Assembly: GCF_009914755.1 (NCBI RefSeq)
Contig: NC_060929.1
DNA from: the human T2T-CHM13v2.0 reference genome, Homo sapiens
Strand: one strand, 5' to 3'
Length of the DNA stretch: 64,000 nt
In this document: one piece after another, positions 46,997 through 63,139 of the stretch
Position numbering within the stretch: the stretch's first letter is position 1
Layout of the letters: each line of letters begins with the position of its first letter
The notes under the pieces: generated by a model
Told to the model about the DNA's origin: nothing
What the model saw: only the letters and a program-made list of their open reading frames with translations
The model's database searches: none
Program-made: the position numbers and the translations under genes

Positions 46997-47415
46997 CAGT
47001 GGTCTTTAATTACAAGTTAGAGGTGCCAACCCCCTGCACAAATGACCATCCTCATATAACTTTTGACTCCCCCAAAACTTAACTATTAATAGCCTACTGT
47101 TGCCTGGAAGTCTTACTGATAATATAGATAACCGATTAACATATTTTGTATAATATGTATTATAATAAAGCAAGCTAGACAAAAGAAAACATTATTAGGA
47201 AAATCATAAGGAAAAGAAAATAAAGTTACTATTTATTAAGTGGCAGTGTATCATTATAAAGATCTTCATCCTTGTTGACTTCAAGTTGAGCAGGCTGAGG
47301 AGGAGGAGGAAAAGGAGAGTTTCGTCTTGTTGTCTCAGGAGTGGAAGAAGCAGAAGAAACTCTACATATAAGTGGATCCATGAAGTTCAAACCTGCATTG
47401 TTCAAGGGTCAACTG
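46997..47415 (-). mobile_element. Tigger2a-like DNA transposon
   Basis: Terminus ttgttcaagggtcaactg with TA on both flanks; gaggaggaggagg internal motif. Confidence 0.85.
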
Positions 47416-47739
47416 TAATTAGTTTTGGGTATAGTGATAGTAAATAAATGATGTGAGAGGCACTGAAGGAGAGCTTCCTAGAGGGGGTGAGTTTTGAGCA
47501 AAAAGTTGAACATGTGAGAGCTTATGGATTTGTGGGGACAAGGCAGGGTCATGACTTGGTTTCATTGGAATGAGTAAGTCCTATGCAGGTCCCAATAATA
47601 GTATAAAAACAATTAGAAACTATGTCAGTTGGTGACTAAATGGCTGCTAAAAAGTAGTTTGGTTCATAAAAATTATCAATTTTAATGATGTTTTGAGGAC
47701 ATTATACGTTAAAAAGTAAATTCTTTATTAGCCTGATGC

Positions 47740-48410
47740 CTAAATGCAACTACTGCACAACTGTTTTCATTTTTATATGGTGCTCTACAAGCCTTCACTA
47801 CATATGTATATTTTACATTGTTGCAATCATAGTATATACAGCATTTTGTATTTTGCATCTCTTATTTAACTGTGCATCATAAACATTTTCTACCTTTCTA
47901 TATAGTTACAATAACTTTAACAGTATAAATTTTATCATATTGATCTATTGCAATTTACTAAATCATTGCCTTAATATTGCATATTTAGATTGCCTCCTGG
48001 TTTTATTTTATTCTTGGTAATGCTGCAATGAATACTGCTGTACATACAATATGTTTTTCTTCTGTCCAATTATGTTAGAGTACAAATTCACAAAAATAGA
48101 TTCATGGAATGTAAGGGTTAGAACATTTTTATAGTTCTTGCTGTTCTGCCATTCTGATATTAGGGTCCTGCAAGTTTTACTTGGCCACTAGCAAGGTATC
48201 TAGGAGCCGCTTTTCTCGTGTGTATGCCAACAATAGGTTTAATTACTAGAAATGTTTTTGTTAATTTTATAAGCTTGAAATGCTATTTTAAGATAGGTTT
48301 ATTTAGGGTTTCTTACTTTCTTGTTTGGGTGATTATTTTCTTAGTTTGCTTATTTTTTGTATTTCCATTCATATAAATTGTATGTTACTCTCATTTGCCT
48401 TTTTAGCTAA
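47740..48410 (-). mobile_element. L1ME-like 3' fragment
   Basis: aatgctgcaatgaatact; catatttagattg; T-rich. Confidence 0.6.
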
Positions 48411-49334
48411 AATGAAAACTCTTTTCTTTTCCAAATAATAAGAATTATTTAAAGGGCATGAGATTTATGCAGGACCAATGGAAAATATTCACTCAAGAAC
48501 AAACCAGGAGAATTTTTTGTCCTTCCCCTGTGAAGTCTGAGCATATCTTAATACATAAAAAAATAAGTAAATGTGCTGCTGCTGTCTCCGGTTGAAACGG
48601 CAGGTAGGGGGTCCACTTTCTTAGGCTCTTTACTTTCCTGGCTGCTGAAACAGCTCTGCAGAATGAACATTAACATTGTTTTACAGTAACAGATACATAT
48701 ACTTGACAAAATAGTCTATGGCTGAGTTCAAATTGTAAGTTAAAATAAAGCAAAGTTGTTTTAGAATAATGACACTATAAGGAAAGTTTCACTGCAGATT
48801 TTTTAAAGACTCAGGCATGCAGAATATATTTTTTCCTTATTCAGTTTAGTAAACTATAAAACAACATATTGATTGCCGAGAAGAATACTAAAGTGAGCCA
48901 GGTTATGATTTAGAAAGCTTTCAACGTAGAAGAGGAGATAAGGTACGTATACAAATAGCAACAAGATGTGGGATTATGAGAACATTCTCTAACTGAAGAG
49001 TAAATAGATTTTATTCCATACAGAGGAGAAAGAGAATTACTTTATTGGGGTGGGGGGCCAGCAGGACTCATTTCAAAGTCTTGACAGGAGATTCTAGTAG
49101 GCAGCATTCAGGGTTGGAAGGAGGGTATTCCAAAAAGAAAGGCCAGCAAGAGGCAGGTCAGAGCAACAGGTGTGCAGGGAGGAGATCGAAGGAATGGGCA
49201 GAGTTCAGATTTGGCTGGACATGCCTCAGGTAAGAGGGGTAAGGCTGAAATCATCGTAGGAGAAGAGAGGGGTGCAGGCCTGAGAGGTGTGACTTAGGGA
49301 TTTTAGACTTCTTGTTTTGGAAACGGAGATACTT

Positions 49335-49702
<368 letters not shown>

Positions 49703-50269
49703 TAAACTTTCAAGTAATGAATTTTTCTTTGGCAATTTCCATCCTTACACATTTTTTTTCAAGAACTTTCTGTAAATTGTTTGTGTCCATGAGAAAGAGT
49801 AACATATGAGAAAGAGTAACACATTTCAGAAAGAGAACTAGACTGAGTGTCATGAAACTGGATTATAGTCACAGCATACTGGGTTATTTGGGGTAAGTAA
49901 ATCTGCCTCTCTGGGACTCAGCTTCCCCATGTGTCAAATGAGAATGAACTGGATATTTCCACTGTTTCTTCCACTTCAAACATTCTGAAATCCCAAATAT
50001 ATTTTGAGTACATTAAAGATTCATTTTCTAAAATCTATATATCTTCTCTATAAACTTGAAATTCCATCTTGAGGGAGTCATTTCTTTGTATTTTAGCTTT
50101 TAAATCATCAGTAGTTCTCTTTCCAAATGAGAATAACCCAAAGGTAATATGGCAAATCAGTGGGGTGTTGAGAATTCAACACGACTTAATTATATTAACG
50201 ATCTCTCACTTGGTGTCTGGGGGAGTAGAAATGTGTCATGTGAAAAGTGACGATTGAAAAGAGGGAATA

Positions 50270-50520
50270 CTTAATAATGGTAATAATAACAAAAAACACT
50301 TACATAGCACTTACCATGTACTTTTATGTGGATTAAATCACATAATCCTCCCCACAACCTTGTAAAATTGGTACTACTGTATTATAATCACTTCACAGAT
50401 GAGAATGCTGAGGTATAGATATATAATTACTTCCTTAAGGGCACACAACTCATTAGTGGCAAAGCCAGAATTTGAACCCAGGAAGTCCGACTGAGCATCC
50501 GTGTGTTTAATTACCACACA
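50270..50520 (-). mobile_element. MIR
   Basis: acagatgagaatgctgagg...agtggcaaagccagaatttgaacccagg. Confidence 0.8.
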
Positions 50521-51186
50521 GCACTTTTTCTGAAGGGTCTCCGGAGAGAAACATCTGTAGAGCTGGATTATGTCTATAGAAACACAAAGATCTCAGTCTC
50601 CAGGGGACATGAGTACAAGGTTTTAGGAAGGGAAGATACAAATGTGCCAGTAACACTCTTGTGACCTCAACATTTTGCTCAGGAATGTCATCATCAGAAG
50701 TATCATTATAACTAATCAAAACAATATTAGCCTCTCCCTTATCTGAACTGTGTTTTAAAATGTAGAATTATAGTTATACTACTTTGGCATGCATTGATTT
50801 CAGTTAGAGGAATTCGGAGGTGGATAGATGAGATTGTTATTTGGAGCTCTTAGTATATTGCAAGACCAGAATGTCCAAGCAGTGTGGCTGTGAGAATAGG
50901 GAAAACCAGTTGGGTTTTCTAGTCCTTGGGTCATGTTGAGGGACTAGGACTCCTTTATGCATTTCTCAGCTCAACTCTTTGAAAGGTCAAGCTTTCATCA
51001 AAGTCTTAGTATTTTTTGCTGGCTTTCTTTAAGAAATAGTTTTCCTATAGAATCCCTTAGAAAAACTACTTTTTGTTTTTTCTGAGTTTGGCTTCTCAAC
51101 CCAGCAGACAGGCAGAATTGGAAAGAAAGGTCTTGTCTTCAATCTATAGAGGTGATCAGGTGATCAATTAAAATACTGTATGTACT

Positions 51187-51526
51187 GTCCGGGTGCAGTG
51201 ACTCATGTCTGTAATTCCAGCACTTTGGGAGGCCAAGAGGGGTAAATTGCTCGAGCTCTGGAATTCGAGACTAGCCTGGGCAACATGGTGAAACCCTGTG
51301 TCTACTAAAAATAAAAAAATAAATAAATGAATAAACAAACAAACAAATAAATAAAACTAGCCCAGTGTGGTGGTGTATGCCTGTAGTTCCAGCTACTTGT
51401 GAGGCTGAGGTGGGAGGATAGCTTGAGCCCAGGAGGTCAAGGCGGCAGTGAGCTGTGATTGTGGCTCTGCACTTCAGCCTGAGTGACAGAGTGAAATGTT
51501 GTCTCAAGACAAAAATAATAATAAAT
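51187..51526 (+). mobile_element. AluJ with expanded (TAAA/CAAA)n linker
   Basis: Full dimer; TSD aaaatactgtatgt; linker repeat ~51307-51356. Confidence 0.92.
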
Positions 51527-52084
51527 AAAATACTGTATGTGACTGCGCTTTGTGACTTATTAACTGCCCTACAGATACAAGAGTTGTGGTTATATCCCCT
51601 GAACATTTATATTCCAAGTGACCATCACCAGAGAAATTCCTCTGTTGAAAGCAAGTATTTGAACAGTCAAGATCACAGCTTTTGACACCAAGCAGATCAG
51701 GGTTTCAATTCTTAAGTCTCTGTACTTCATAGACCACAGAGAGAGCATGGGATTGACATCCACACTGACCCTGTAAGCTTGTTTTGGGGCTTCGATGGGG
51801 TAGTACATGTGAATTGCCAAGTCCAGCCCCACAGAGAGTACTCAATAAATCTTAACTTTTATTGGTAGTGTTAGTGATAGTCATAGAAGCACCATTCTAA
51901 AGCAAGAGCCAGAAAAAGCAATAGAACAACTCTAATTACCCAGCATATACTTGAAACCTAAACTGAAATTAAAAGGTAAATTTTAAGAAAACAATTGTGT
52001 ATCCCAAGTCTTCAGAGGCTTATTCTCTTTGACCCAGTTATTTCACATCTAGGATTCTATTCTAAGTAAATAGTCAGGGATTAA

Positions 52085-52421
<337 letters not shown>

Positions 52422-53747
52422 TGAAGAGTTATTTTTAACAGCGACTGTTAGAACCTACACGTCCATCCATAGGAGAGTGCTTTAATAGAGTGCAATGTTG
52501 TTATGAGATATTTATTTTGCAGATTATAAAAAATAATTCAGAAAAATATGTAATGACAAGGAGCAATACTATTTAATCTTTCAGAGAAAAGTCAAGATTA
52601 TATTATGGTTTTAATGCTATTAATTATACTAATATTTATAAAATATGTGAACTAAATAGATGTCCTTTGCTGAAAGTGGAGATAAAAATAATAACGATAA
52701 TGCCTATCTTAGAGGATTTTTGTGAAGACTATATGATGGTTACTACATGCCTGACATATAATACATGTTAGCTTTGTCATTGGATGTTGGCTAAATTTAA
52801 CTTATTTTCTAAATTTTACTTAAACTTCATCATACACTAACGAGAATCTTTTATTTTACAGGAACTGAGCAAGATGCTGGGGATACAGAAATGATTAAGT
52901 AGGTACACTGAGCATATGACATTCACAATCCAGTGAGGAGAGAGGCATATAAATAAACAGGAACAGTGGATTTAGAACTATTTAAATTCTAGAGTCAGCT
53001 CCTAAGACATGAAACACATATTATCAAAATAATTAGGTGCACAGCCATTATAGGCACCTTTTCGTGAGTTTTAAAAAGGTGGCCCCTCTCTTTAAGAATG
53101 AATTATAGAAAGGTACCTCTTGCCCCCAGCTGAATCAGCTGCACGGTAGGGTACAGGCTGGGTTTCAGCCCCTACTGCCCTCTCCTGGTTTATTCCTGCT
53201 GGATGCAGGCTGCTCACCTGTTCACAGAGGCCCTGAAAATACCTTTGAAATGTCCTGAAATTGACGTGAAGCACAGTAAATATGATTTGGTGTCTATAAC
53301 CTTGAACAATAATTATTTTGCACACTGAGGTTTGAGAAATACTGAACTAGATTAAATGATGGAACAAAGGAAAAAATCTATAGGCAGTTGTCCAGATAAT
53401 CCCTTGTGTTGTATGGGAAATGTGCAGAGAATTCTGAAGTGTTTCTTCTTAACTGCAGAGTTGTCTCCATTATATTTTAATAGTGTCATAAGTTGAATAC
53501 ACATTGATAGTTTTGTTTTCTTGAGCATTGCATAATATAAGGAAAAGCATCGAGCCCAGGGATTCACATATAGCAAATGTTTACTAAATATTAGTTAATC
53601 CAAGTATTAACCTTGTTTCATCATATCCACAGGCATAGTGTGCTTTGAAAAGTTATAGAATAGTGCTTGCCTCTCATTTTTTGTTTTCCTCACTGAGGTC
53701 CTGCTAAATAACTCTGAGCAGTTGTCACTCCCAAACCCATGGCCATT

Positions 53748-53871
53748 GGATTAGGCAGAGTTCTTCAGAGACAAAGAACCAATACAGGATATTTACATAT
53801 CCTTGTCTCTGTCTGTATCTCTCTCTCTCTCCATATATACACATCTCTATTTCTATATCTCTATATCTCTA

Positions 53872-53928
<57 letters not shown>

Positions 53929-54364
53929 GGCTAGCTATCTAGCTACCTAGCTAGCTATCTAAAAGGAGATTTATTATGAGGAATATGTTCTTGTGATGAC
54001 AGAAGCTGAGATATTCCACATTCTGCCTTCTCCAAGCTGGAGACCCAGAAAAGTTATGGTGTAATTCAGTCCTACAGCAGGACAAGATGAGCTGTCCCAG
54101 GTCAAACAGTGAAGCAGAAAAAAAAAAAAAAAAAAGGTCGGGGGGTGGTGGATTTCTTTTTCCTCTACCTTTAGTTCTATTCAGACTCTGAGTGGATTGG
54201 ATAATGGCCGCCCACATTTGGGAGGAAAATCAACTATACTGACTCTACTGATTCAAATGCTCATTTCATAGGAAAACACCCTTAAGTAAACACACCCCCA
54301 GAAGTAACATTTAATCTGGGCACCCCATGACCCAGACAAATGGACACGTAAAATTAACCATCAT
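53748..54364 (-). mobile_element. ERVL LTR, MLT2-like
   Basis: gagatttattatgaggaa...aagctggagacccag...gacacgtaaaattaaccatca. Confidence 0.85.
53873..53928. repeat. (ATCT)14 tetranucleotide STR
   Basis: 14 perfect units inside the MLT2, flanked by degenerate CTATAT and AGCT units. Confidence 0.97.
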
Positions 54365-54994
54365 GGTTATTTGTCTTCTGCAAAGTTGGGAATCCGCCCA
54401 TGAGCTGAATGGTGCATGATGTGGCTCCGCGGGAACACAATGTGCATTAGCATAGGGTTCTGGACAAAACTGTAAGGTGTCCCCAAGAGAGGCAGAACAG
54501 CTTCTGGTGACTAGCTGCACATTCACTCTCTTGCTACAAGTTTAAATAGTAAGCAGTAGCTATAAACTTTGGTTTCAATTTGTTAGACAAAGCATTGCCT
54601 GGCTCTTTCTTCTTTACAGAGTTATTATTTCTAGTTTGCTTGTACCTAATGCTTTCCTCCAGGGATTTCAGAACTGTTCAGCTGCAAATTCATATTTGAT
54701 GTTCTTGTTCTAATCCCAGATTACCGCATGAGGACAGCTGGAACAGACCAAAAGAGAGAAACTCATAGGGGGAAGGAAATCATTAGCCTGTCTTGAGTCA
54801 CCAGGACCTGATAAAAAGTCAGATTAACAAGGCTTAAGCTGCTATAGAAAGCCAGAGAAATGCCCTCAAATATTAATCTTGAATATTTCCATTCCACTAA
54901 CATTGCCTGGAAGTATTTTAACATTCACCAGATAGGCATCCCATCTTGAAGAAACGATATGGTTCTGTAAAAAGAATAATGAATTATGTGAGGA

Positions 54995-55220
54995 TTGATT
55001 TTCAGTATGGACTTTAGTCCTGCATAGTAATGGAATGTGGACTGGGGAGCAAGGCTGTTTGGATTCACATCCTAACATTTCACTTGATAAGTTGCCTCAT
55101 TTGTAAAATGGGGACTGTAATAACATCTACCTCCTAGGGCTTTGTGTAGAATATTAACAAAACAGAATCTTGCAAGGGTTAAGCACTCAATAAATGTGAG
55201 ATACTATTATTATTGTCATT
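54995..55220 (+). mobile_element. MIR
   Basis: cctcatttgtaaaatgggga...aagcactcaataaatg. Confidence 0.8.
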
Positions 55221-56520
55221 ATTGTAACAGATAAAAGTTGGCAGATATTGGTGGATGTATTCATTGTCAAATCTCCCTTTATTAGTCTTTATATTATTAA
55301 ATAATTGGGAAAATAAATTCATTTTATTTTATATGCACCATAACTTGTTCAAATTTTATTTCTTAATATTGATAATGATTTATCATAAAATTTATAGTTT
55401 ATGGAGTACCTTCACATGCATTTCTTCCTCCAAGCCCCACAAGGATGATGCAGCTGAGGCTCTGGGAAATTGGTTATTTCATCCAGGGTGCCTGATTGGC
55501 GAGTGGTTAAGACTTGAACCCATGTCTTCACACCCCAGATGCATTACTGTAGCTGTTACACTGAGTGGAGGTTGTAAACATACACAGGCTTCGTTGTTGT
55601 TAGAATCTTGATTTGATTGTATCGCTACCACTTACTATAGGTCATTTTGTGAGCAACTGCCTAATTTCATGGAATATCAGATTTTATATCAGTAAAAATT
55701 AGAGGACAATGACTTCTCTCTACTTGCTATATAAATTAAAAAATATATATATCAGATCACATATAGAGATGGAGCTATCCCAGCTCTGGGTCCATGGTAG
55801 TTAACGCAAAGGCAGTCTCTTCCTTCATTTATCGTTGATAATGTACCACACATAGTGCCAAACTATCATTTTTTAAAATCAGATCAATGTTTTCATCAAA
55901 GAAAGCTGATGTTAGAGTTTGATTCTAGTGGCACCAAGATCTCCTGTAATCCATGATTGCGTTTGCCAGCCATTCATGGTGATTAACATACTTTTGCAAA
56001 AAAGAAGTGACAATGAGGAGAATGAAGGTAATAAGGAGGAAAAAAAGAAAAGCGGACTTCCTCTAGACTTAGAGAACATACAAACTTCATTAGCAGCTAA
56101 ATAGCAAGGGGAGAGGGTCCCGAACAATGATTTCACTCCTTTGCTGCTGTGAACTAGGTGTTCTAGACATAAAAATAGAGGAAAGACTAGAACATATGTT
56201 CAGTGGGTAAATGGCCCTCTGCGTTATATCATCCTGGTGAGGTTTTCTAATTATTCAGAATTATCATTTTGATTGTGAAACAAATGCTTGGTTTAGGGGA
56301 ATCTTTGGATTAGACTGTGTGCTCCTTGTACTTCGTCTCCATATGGTTCAAGGATTTTAAGGTGAAATGCTACAAAAATGTAGGTGAATGATAAAGTTGC
56401 TAGAAGTATGTCAGAGAGGTGTGAGAATTTTGCCTTTTCATACTGTGGGGATTATTTTGTACACTGCTAATTTTATGATTAGTCCTGGATCGAGGAGTGC
56501 AAGCAATTGATATATCTTAG

Positions 56521-56864
<344 letters not shown>

Positions 56865-56924
56865 TGACTTTAAATAACACAAAAGGAAGTTCCACTGAAA
56901 AGGTGAATCCTATTGCTGGTGTAA

Positions 56925-57645
56925 AGTGCAAACCATTAGTAAGTTAAGCAAGTCTAGCTCTAAAATAACCCAAATCTGCCTATTGCTTTCCAAATTCAGG
57001 GCTGCTATCCTATGTCAGTCACATGTGTTTCTCATGTTGATTACAGCATTGGGCTCCCAACTGGTCTCCCTGTTGCCACTCTTTCAGGCTCATAATCTAT
57101 TTTCTACTCAGTAGCCAGAGTTATCTTTTAAAAACATAAATGAGATGATCTTACTTCCCTGCTTTTGAATCTTCCTGTAGTTTCTAATTTTACTTACTAT
57201 ACTTACAATAAATTCAAATTTACTGTGATGGTCTACAAGACCTGATGGAGTCTGACCCTTCTGTCTATGACTGCATCTCTCACTCTTCCCACTGTGGCTC
57301 CATATCATCCACTCTCCCTGGCCATCTTTCTGATGTCAGCCAGACTTTCTTCTGGCTTACATATTTGCATTTGGTGTTCCCTCTGTCTGAATGACTAGAG
57401 CCTTCTTGTCGTAAAAGTCTCAGTCCAAATATCACTTCTTCAGGTAGATCTTCCCTTTCTTTCCAGTGTAAGGAACTTTATTTGAAGAACCCTAAATGAA
57501 GTTATGTTACTCAATTATTCACTCGTTTAGCTGTCTCTCCCTCAACTGTAGTGCAGTTTCCATGACAGCAAGGATGATGTTCATTTCTTGCTGTTACCAT
57601 TCCTGGTGTTCAGAAGGCACTCAAGAATCTTTGCTGAATGAATGA
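56925..57645 (+). mobile_element. L2 3' fragment
   Basis: ctggtctccctg...gtagccagagttatctttta...ttgctgaatgaatga tail. Confidence 0.8.
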
Positions 57646-57885
57646 GTAATACATCTTAGAATGCTAGTTTCCATGAAAGGGCTACAACCAGTCTGCAGGA
57701 TCTTCAGGTCAGGAACTGGGCCTTGTGCTGGTTTCCATGATACTGCTCTATACGTGCTCAGGAAATATCTGTTGAATTGGATTCAACCAAAACATTTGAA
57801 TTTCTGTTCAGTGAGAAGTGTTCCCTATGTAAGAAGAAATTTAAAGCTATGTTTGATAACACTCTTCTGAGAGAAAGCCTGCTTT

Positions 57886-57959
57886 TTAGTTGACCAGCCA
57901 TCCCAGTTTGCCTTGGACTGAGGGATCTTCTGGGGACATGAGACTAATGGGTCACCCTA
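57886..57959. mobile_element. hAT-Blackjack relic (MER94-like)
   Basis: tgaccagccatcccagtttgcc...ggtcacccta termini. Confidence 0.5.
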
Positions 57960-57999
57960 CATGCCTTCCCCAGCTTTAGAGCCAGAAATACCTAACGGA

Positions 58000-58890
<891 letters not shown>

Positions 58891-59465
58891 TAGTTTCACT
58901 ACTTATTGACTTAGTGACCTTACAAGGGTTGTTTCATTTCTCTGTGCCTATTTTAAAATATGCATTATGGTGATGCAAACAACCATAATAGTAATAGCTA
59001 CCTATCTACGGGGTTATGCTCTTTGTCAGGCATTTTATGTACATGATGGTCACCCTCACAATAATGCCACAAAGGGTAGGTAATTATCCTTGTTTAGATC
59101 AGAGGAGTGAGACTTAGCTATTTGTGGTAAAGCCAGAATTTAAACCCAGAGCAGTTTGGCTCAATACCCATTCTTTCCATTACACTTTGCTTTCTACCTT
59201 ATTGGCTGTCAAGATTCAATGAGGAAATGAACATAAACTGCTTGACCTGTAAATTTTTGAAATAAACCAACGCAATGATTCTGTTAAGAAAATATCTTGG
59301 TTTTCTCTAACAACAACAACAGCAACAAAATATCTATGGTAGATGTGTGTAGGAAGTGATTTGAGGTCACCTTGAAGCCAGCTGACTCTGAAGAACAACC
59401 CTTCTTCTTCCCAACTTCTGATGTTGAAAAACTCTCTTTTTCAGAAAATTATATTACTGGTCTGA

Positions 59466-59855
<390 letters not shown>

Positions 59856-60940
59856 TAGATGACCTGGCTGTGATTTTTTATATGCCACGAGAAGGCAGTT
59901 ATTAAGTCATTTCTCACTCTTCTCTCTAAAAGTAATCAAGAGGTGAAAAAAAGTCTCCCATGAGTTGTTCTAAGGAGACAAAAATTTCCTAGTCCTGGGG
60001 GCAGGATGAACTATACACCTTTCTTGACATTTGGCAATAAATATTCTATATAGTGCAGCTCTTTGCTTTGGCATTCATGTCTTCATGAGCCCAGAGCCCA
60101 GGAAACAGTTCCCACATTGCTCCATGTTGAAGTGAGTTGAGTTGTTTTGAAAACTCGTGAAGTTTTAAGATACCTTCTTTTGTGAAATTTGCTACAGCCA
60201 TCAGCCTCACTAATAATGCCTTGAAAATAGCTGATTCCTGTAAGATGCACTATGCTCTTCTCTCATCTCAAAGCCTTCACAAGAAAATTTCCCCCAGACA
60301 CAATGAACTCCTGTGCAGAGAGTGATGGCTGTATTTATTTCCAGGGAAGAATAAATCAGAAGAAAGCAGGGAGAATATTCACATCTTCAGGCCTCGAAGG
60401 AGGCTGCTGGGAAACAAATGCAAGACAACTGGTTTTTGTAAGATAACTCATAGCCTGTTTGAAAATCCACTTTGCAGGAAATAGAATAGAATCAAGAAGC
60501 CAAAGTAGCAATTTCTTTACGTTTCCATTGATCATTGTGTTCCCTGTTTTAAACATTCTTGGTTTGGAAAAAGTGTAGATTACATGTAACCTTTGTGGGT
60601 ATAGTTTCATACAAAAGTATTAGAGGATTGAGTGAGAAAACCAGGAAATGGAAAGTCTCAGGTTGTATTACCAACCAAGCATCATACAATCATAATTAAA
60701 GTGAATGCTTATCAAGGGCTTACTATATGTCTGACATTGTGCTAAGATCTTTAATTAGTGATCCCTCATTTAATTATACAAATAACCAAAGTAACAATAT
60801 GTAGTAGAAAATGACATCATTTCTATGTCACAGATGAGGGGATGGAGGCCCAAAGTCTCTCAGTAACTTGCCCCAAGTCACTTCATTGTAGGTGGTTAAG
60901 ATGTGATTTGGACCCATTTCTGTTTTCCAGGGAATTACAG

Positions 60941-61324
60941 TGTATTAGACTTCTAAAGCTGCCATGACAAAATAACACAGATTGGGTGGCCAATACAATA
61001 GAAATTTATTTTCTTACTGTGTTGGAGTCTGGGATTTCAAGATAAAAGTGCCAGCAGGGTGGGCTTCTCCTGAGGCCCCTCTCCTTGTCTTGCAGAATAC
61101 TACTTTTTTGCAGTGTCCACACAAGGTCTTTCTCCGTGTGTATACACTCGTGGTGTCTCCTCTTCTTCTTATAAAGACTCCAGTTCTGTTGGATTAGGGA
61201 CACATGCTTATGACCTCATGTAACCTTAATTACCTCCCTAAAGCCTCTATCTCCAAATGCAGTCATTTTATGGGGTAGGGATTTAACATACGAATTTTAG
61301 GGGGAGAGTGTTCAATCCATAACA
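60941..61324 (-). mobile_element. MaLR LTR, MLT1A-like
   Basis: tgtattag...agaaatttattttctt...ttatgacctcatgtaaccttaattacctcc...ccataaca. Confidence 0.85.
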
Positions 61325-63139
61325 ACAGCCAATAAATTGAACCAGCGTATTCAGCTCTTGCTCTGACAGCAGGACTTTGGTTAAAATTATAACTTCTCTG
61401 GCCTTGTATCTCTCATGGATCTAAAACAAAGATAATTTGATCATTTAGTTTTTAAAGACTTCTGTTAAAGACTCTTAAAAACCTTATGATTATGAAAGTA
61501 ATACTTTATAGTTTATTAATAAATTGTCACTATTTGTATAAAATTAAAATGAAGTCATTCTCATACGACCTGTTGTGAAGGTGGGAAGGCATAGAGATTT
61601 CTTCTGGGGGCCACATAAGTTCTTCCCCCTGATATTACCATTTTCCACTGGTATTATTGGCCCTCTTTGTTTTTTAAACACAGATGAATGCACTTTTTCT
61701 TTTTGCTTCTTTACTACTTTTTCCAGCAAACAATTATTGTTTATTTGATATGCACCAGGCATTCTTCTTTTCAAGCTTAAATTCATTAAATGCTTGTTAC
61801 GTGTTAGATGCTCTCTGAACCCCATACATTCATTGAGTCAGATTTAGCCTTTCAATAAGCCTATAAGGTTGTGCAGATAGGGAAATTGAACCTTTCTCTG
61901 GTTAGATAATTTACTCAAAGTCAATCAGCTAGAAGAGGTGGAGCTTGTATATGACTTCAACTCTCTCTGATTCCGCAACCTGCATCCTTAGTCCTTAAGC
62001 TACTGAGATGAACTGTTACTTGTGCTCTTGCAGACTCTGTGATATATTCCTCCACCTGCTCTTGCGGTTTTGATTTTTGCTCCTGTTGACTGCCTCTCCT
62101 TGATATCAGGGTCTCTCCCTTTCTCCGTGCCTCCGTCTCCTAGTTCATTTCATCTTGTACAATGCACACAATATGAAAGGGGGAGATTTACCATTGTTTT
62201 AAGTTTAATTGCATTGCCTCTTTTAACCTCTTGCTGATTAAATAGTGGGAAACGTAGAAATAATTGTCAGATTTTTAGGAGAAAACAGGTTGAGAAGTGC
62301 ACTTGCTTATTGAAGGATGCTTTCCCTTTTCACTGAAATTACCTGGACTTTTGTATGCAATTGCTTTGTGCCTTCCATTATTTTTAATTTCGGCTTACAA
62401 TTAGAGCTTGCAAATTGAATTGCTTTCTCTGAGGAGCTGTGATTTCTCTATTTGGCAAGTGCCAGGCATCCCCCGTCACAAATCCCCACTTGCTCAGCTG
62501 AAATTAACATGGTTGATTTTGTTCTCTTGTACTGCAATCGGGTCTGATCAGTAGAATCATGATCTCACTTAGTAATTGCTTCCACAGAGTCTGTAGGGAG
62601 AGCGGATATGAGTGGTGCTCTGCCTGATGAGGAGAATGGAGGTTCTCCAGGGGAGTACAAGGGAGCTTTAGGCAATGATCTTGGGGATTATAGAGAGCTG
62701 TCCCTCTTTACTTGCACTCAGAAGTCTTGTGGTATTTACCAAAGCCATTAAGGGCCCTGATGTTGGAAGTGTCCTCTTTGGAATCAGGATAAATTCAAAG
62801 ATGTGGTTAGCTGTTATCACTCACAGATGCTGCAAAGGAAAGCGTATTAACTGTGGGTATTCTAGCTCAATGCCAGCTTAGTTCTGGTTATTTTTATTAG
62901 GGAAAAATCTTAAGATATAGTCAATTCTTCAGTTCTTCAGTTTCATGTTTCATCTCAAAAAAGTTGATTTGAGTTCCGCAAATGAAAGAGAGATTAGTTT
63001 TGCAGGGTGCAAAATGAGATCCATTGTAGCTTTATGAGTGGCGAGTGGCAGGTCACTGGAGGTATTCAGGAATCTAGACTGGATGACCTCTAATGCCCTT
63101 TCTAATGCTGAGATGAATGATCCACTCCCTCACCTCTTT

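Noticed and set aside
55919-56104. 61-aa ORF with a charged stretch (DNEENEGNKEEKKK)
   Set aside because: Explained by a purine-rich tract; non-ATG start and no flanking splice evidence
62452-62466. NFI-like palindrome TTGGCAAGTGCCAG
   Set aside because: The spacer is one base shorter than the TTGGC-N5-GCCAA consensus
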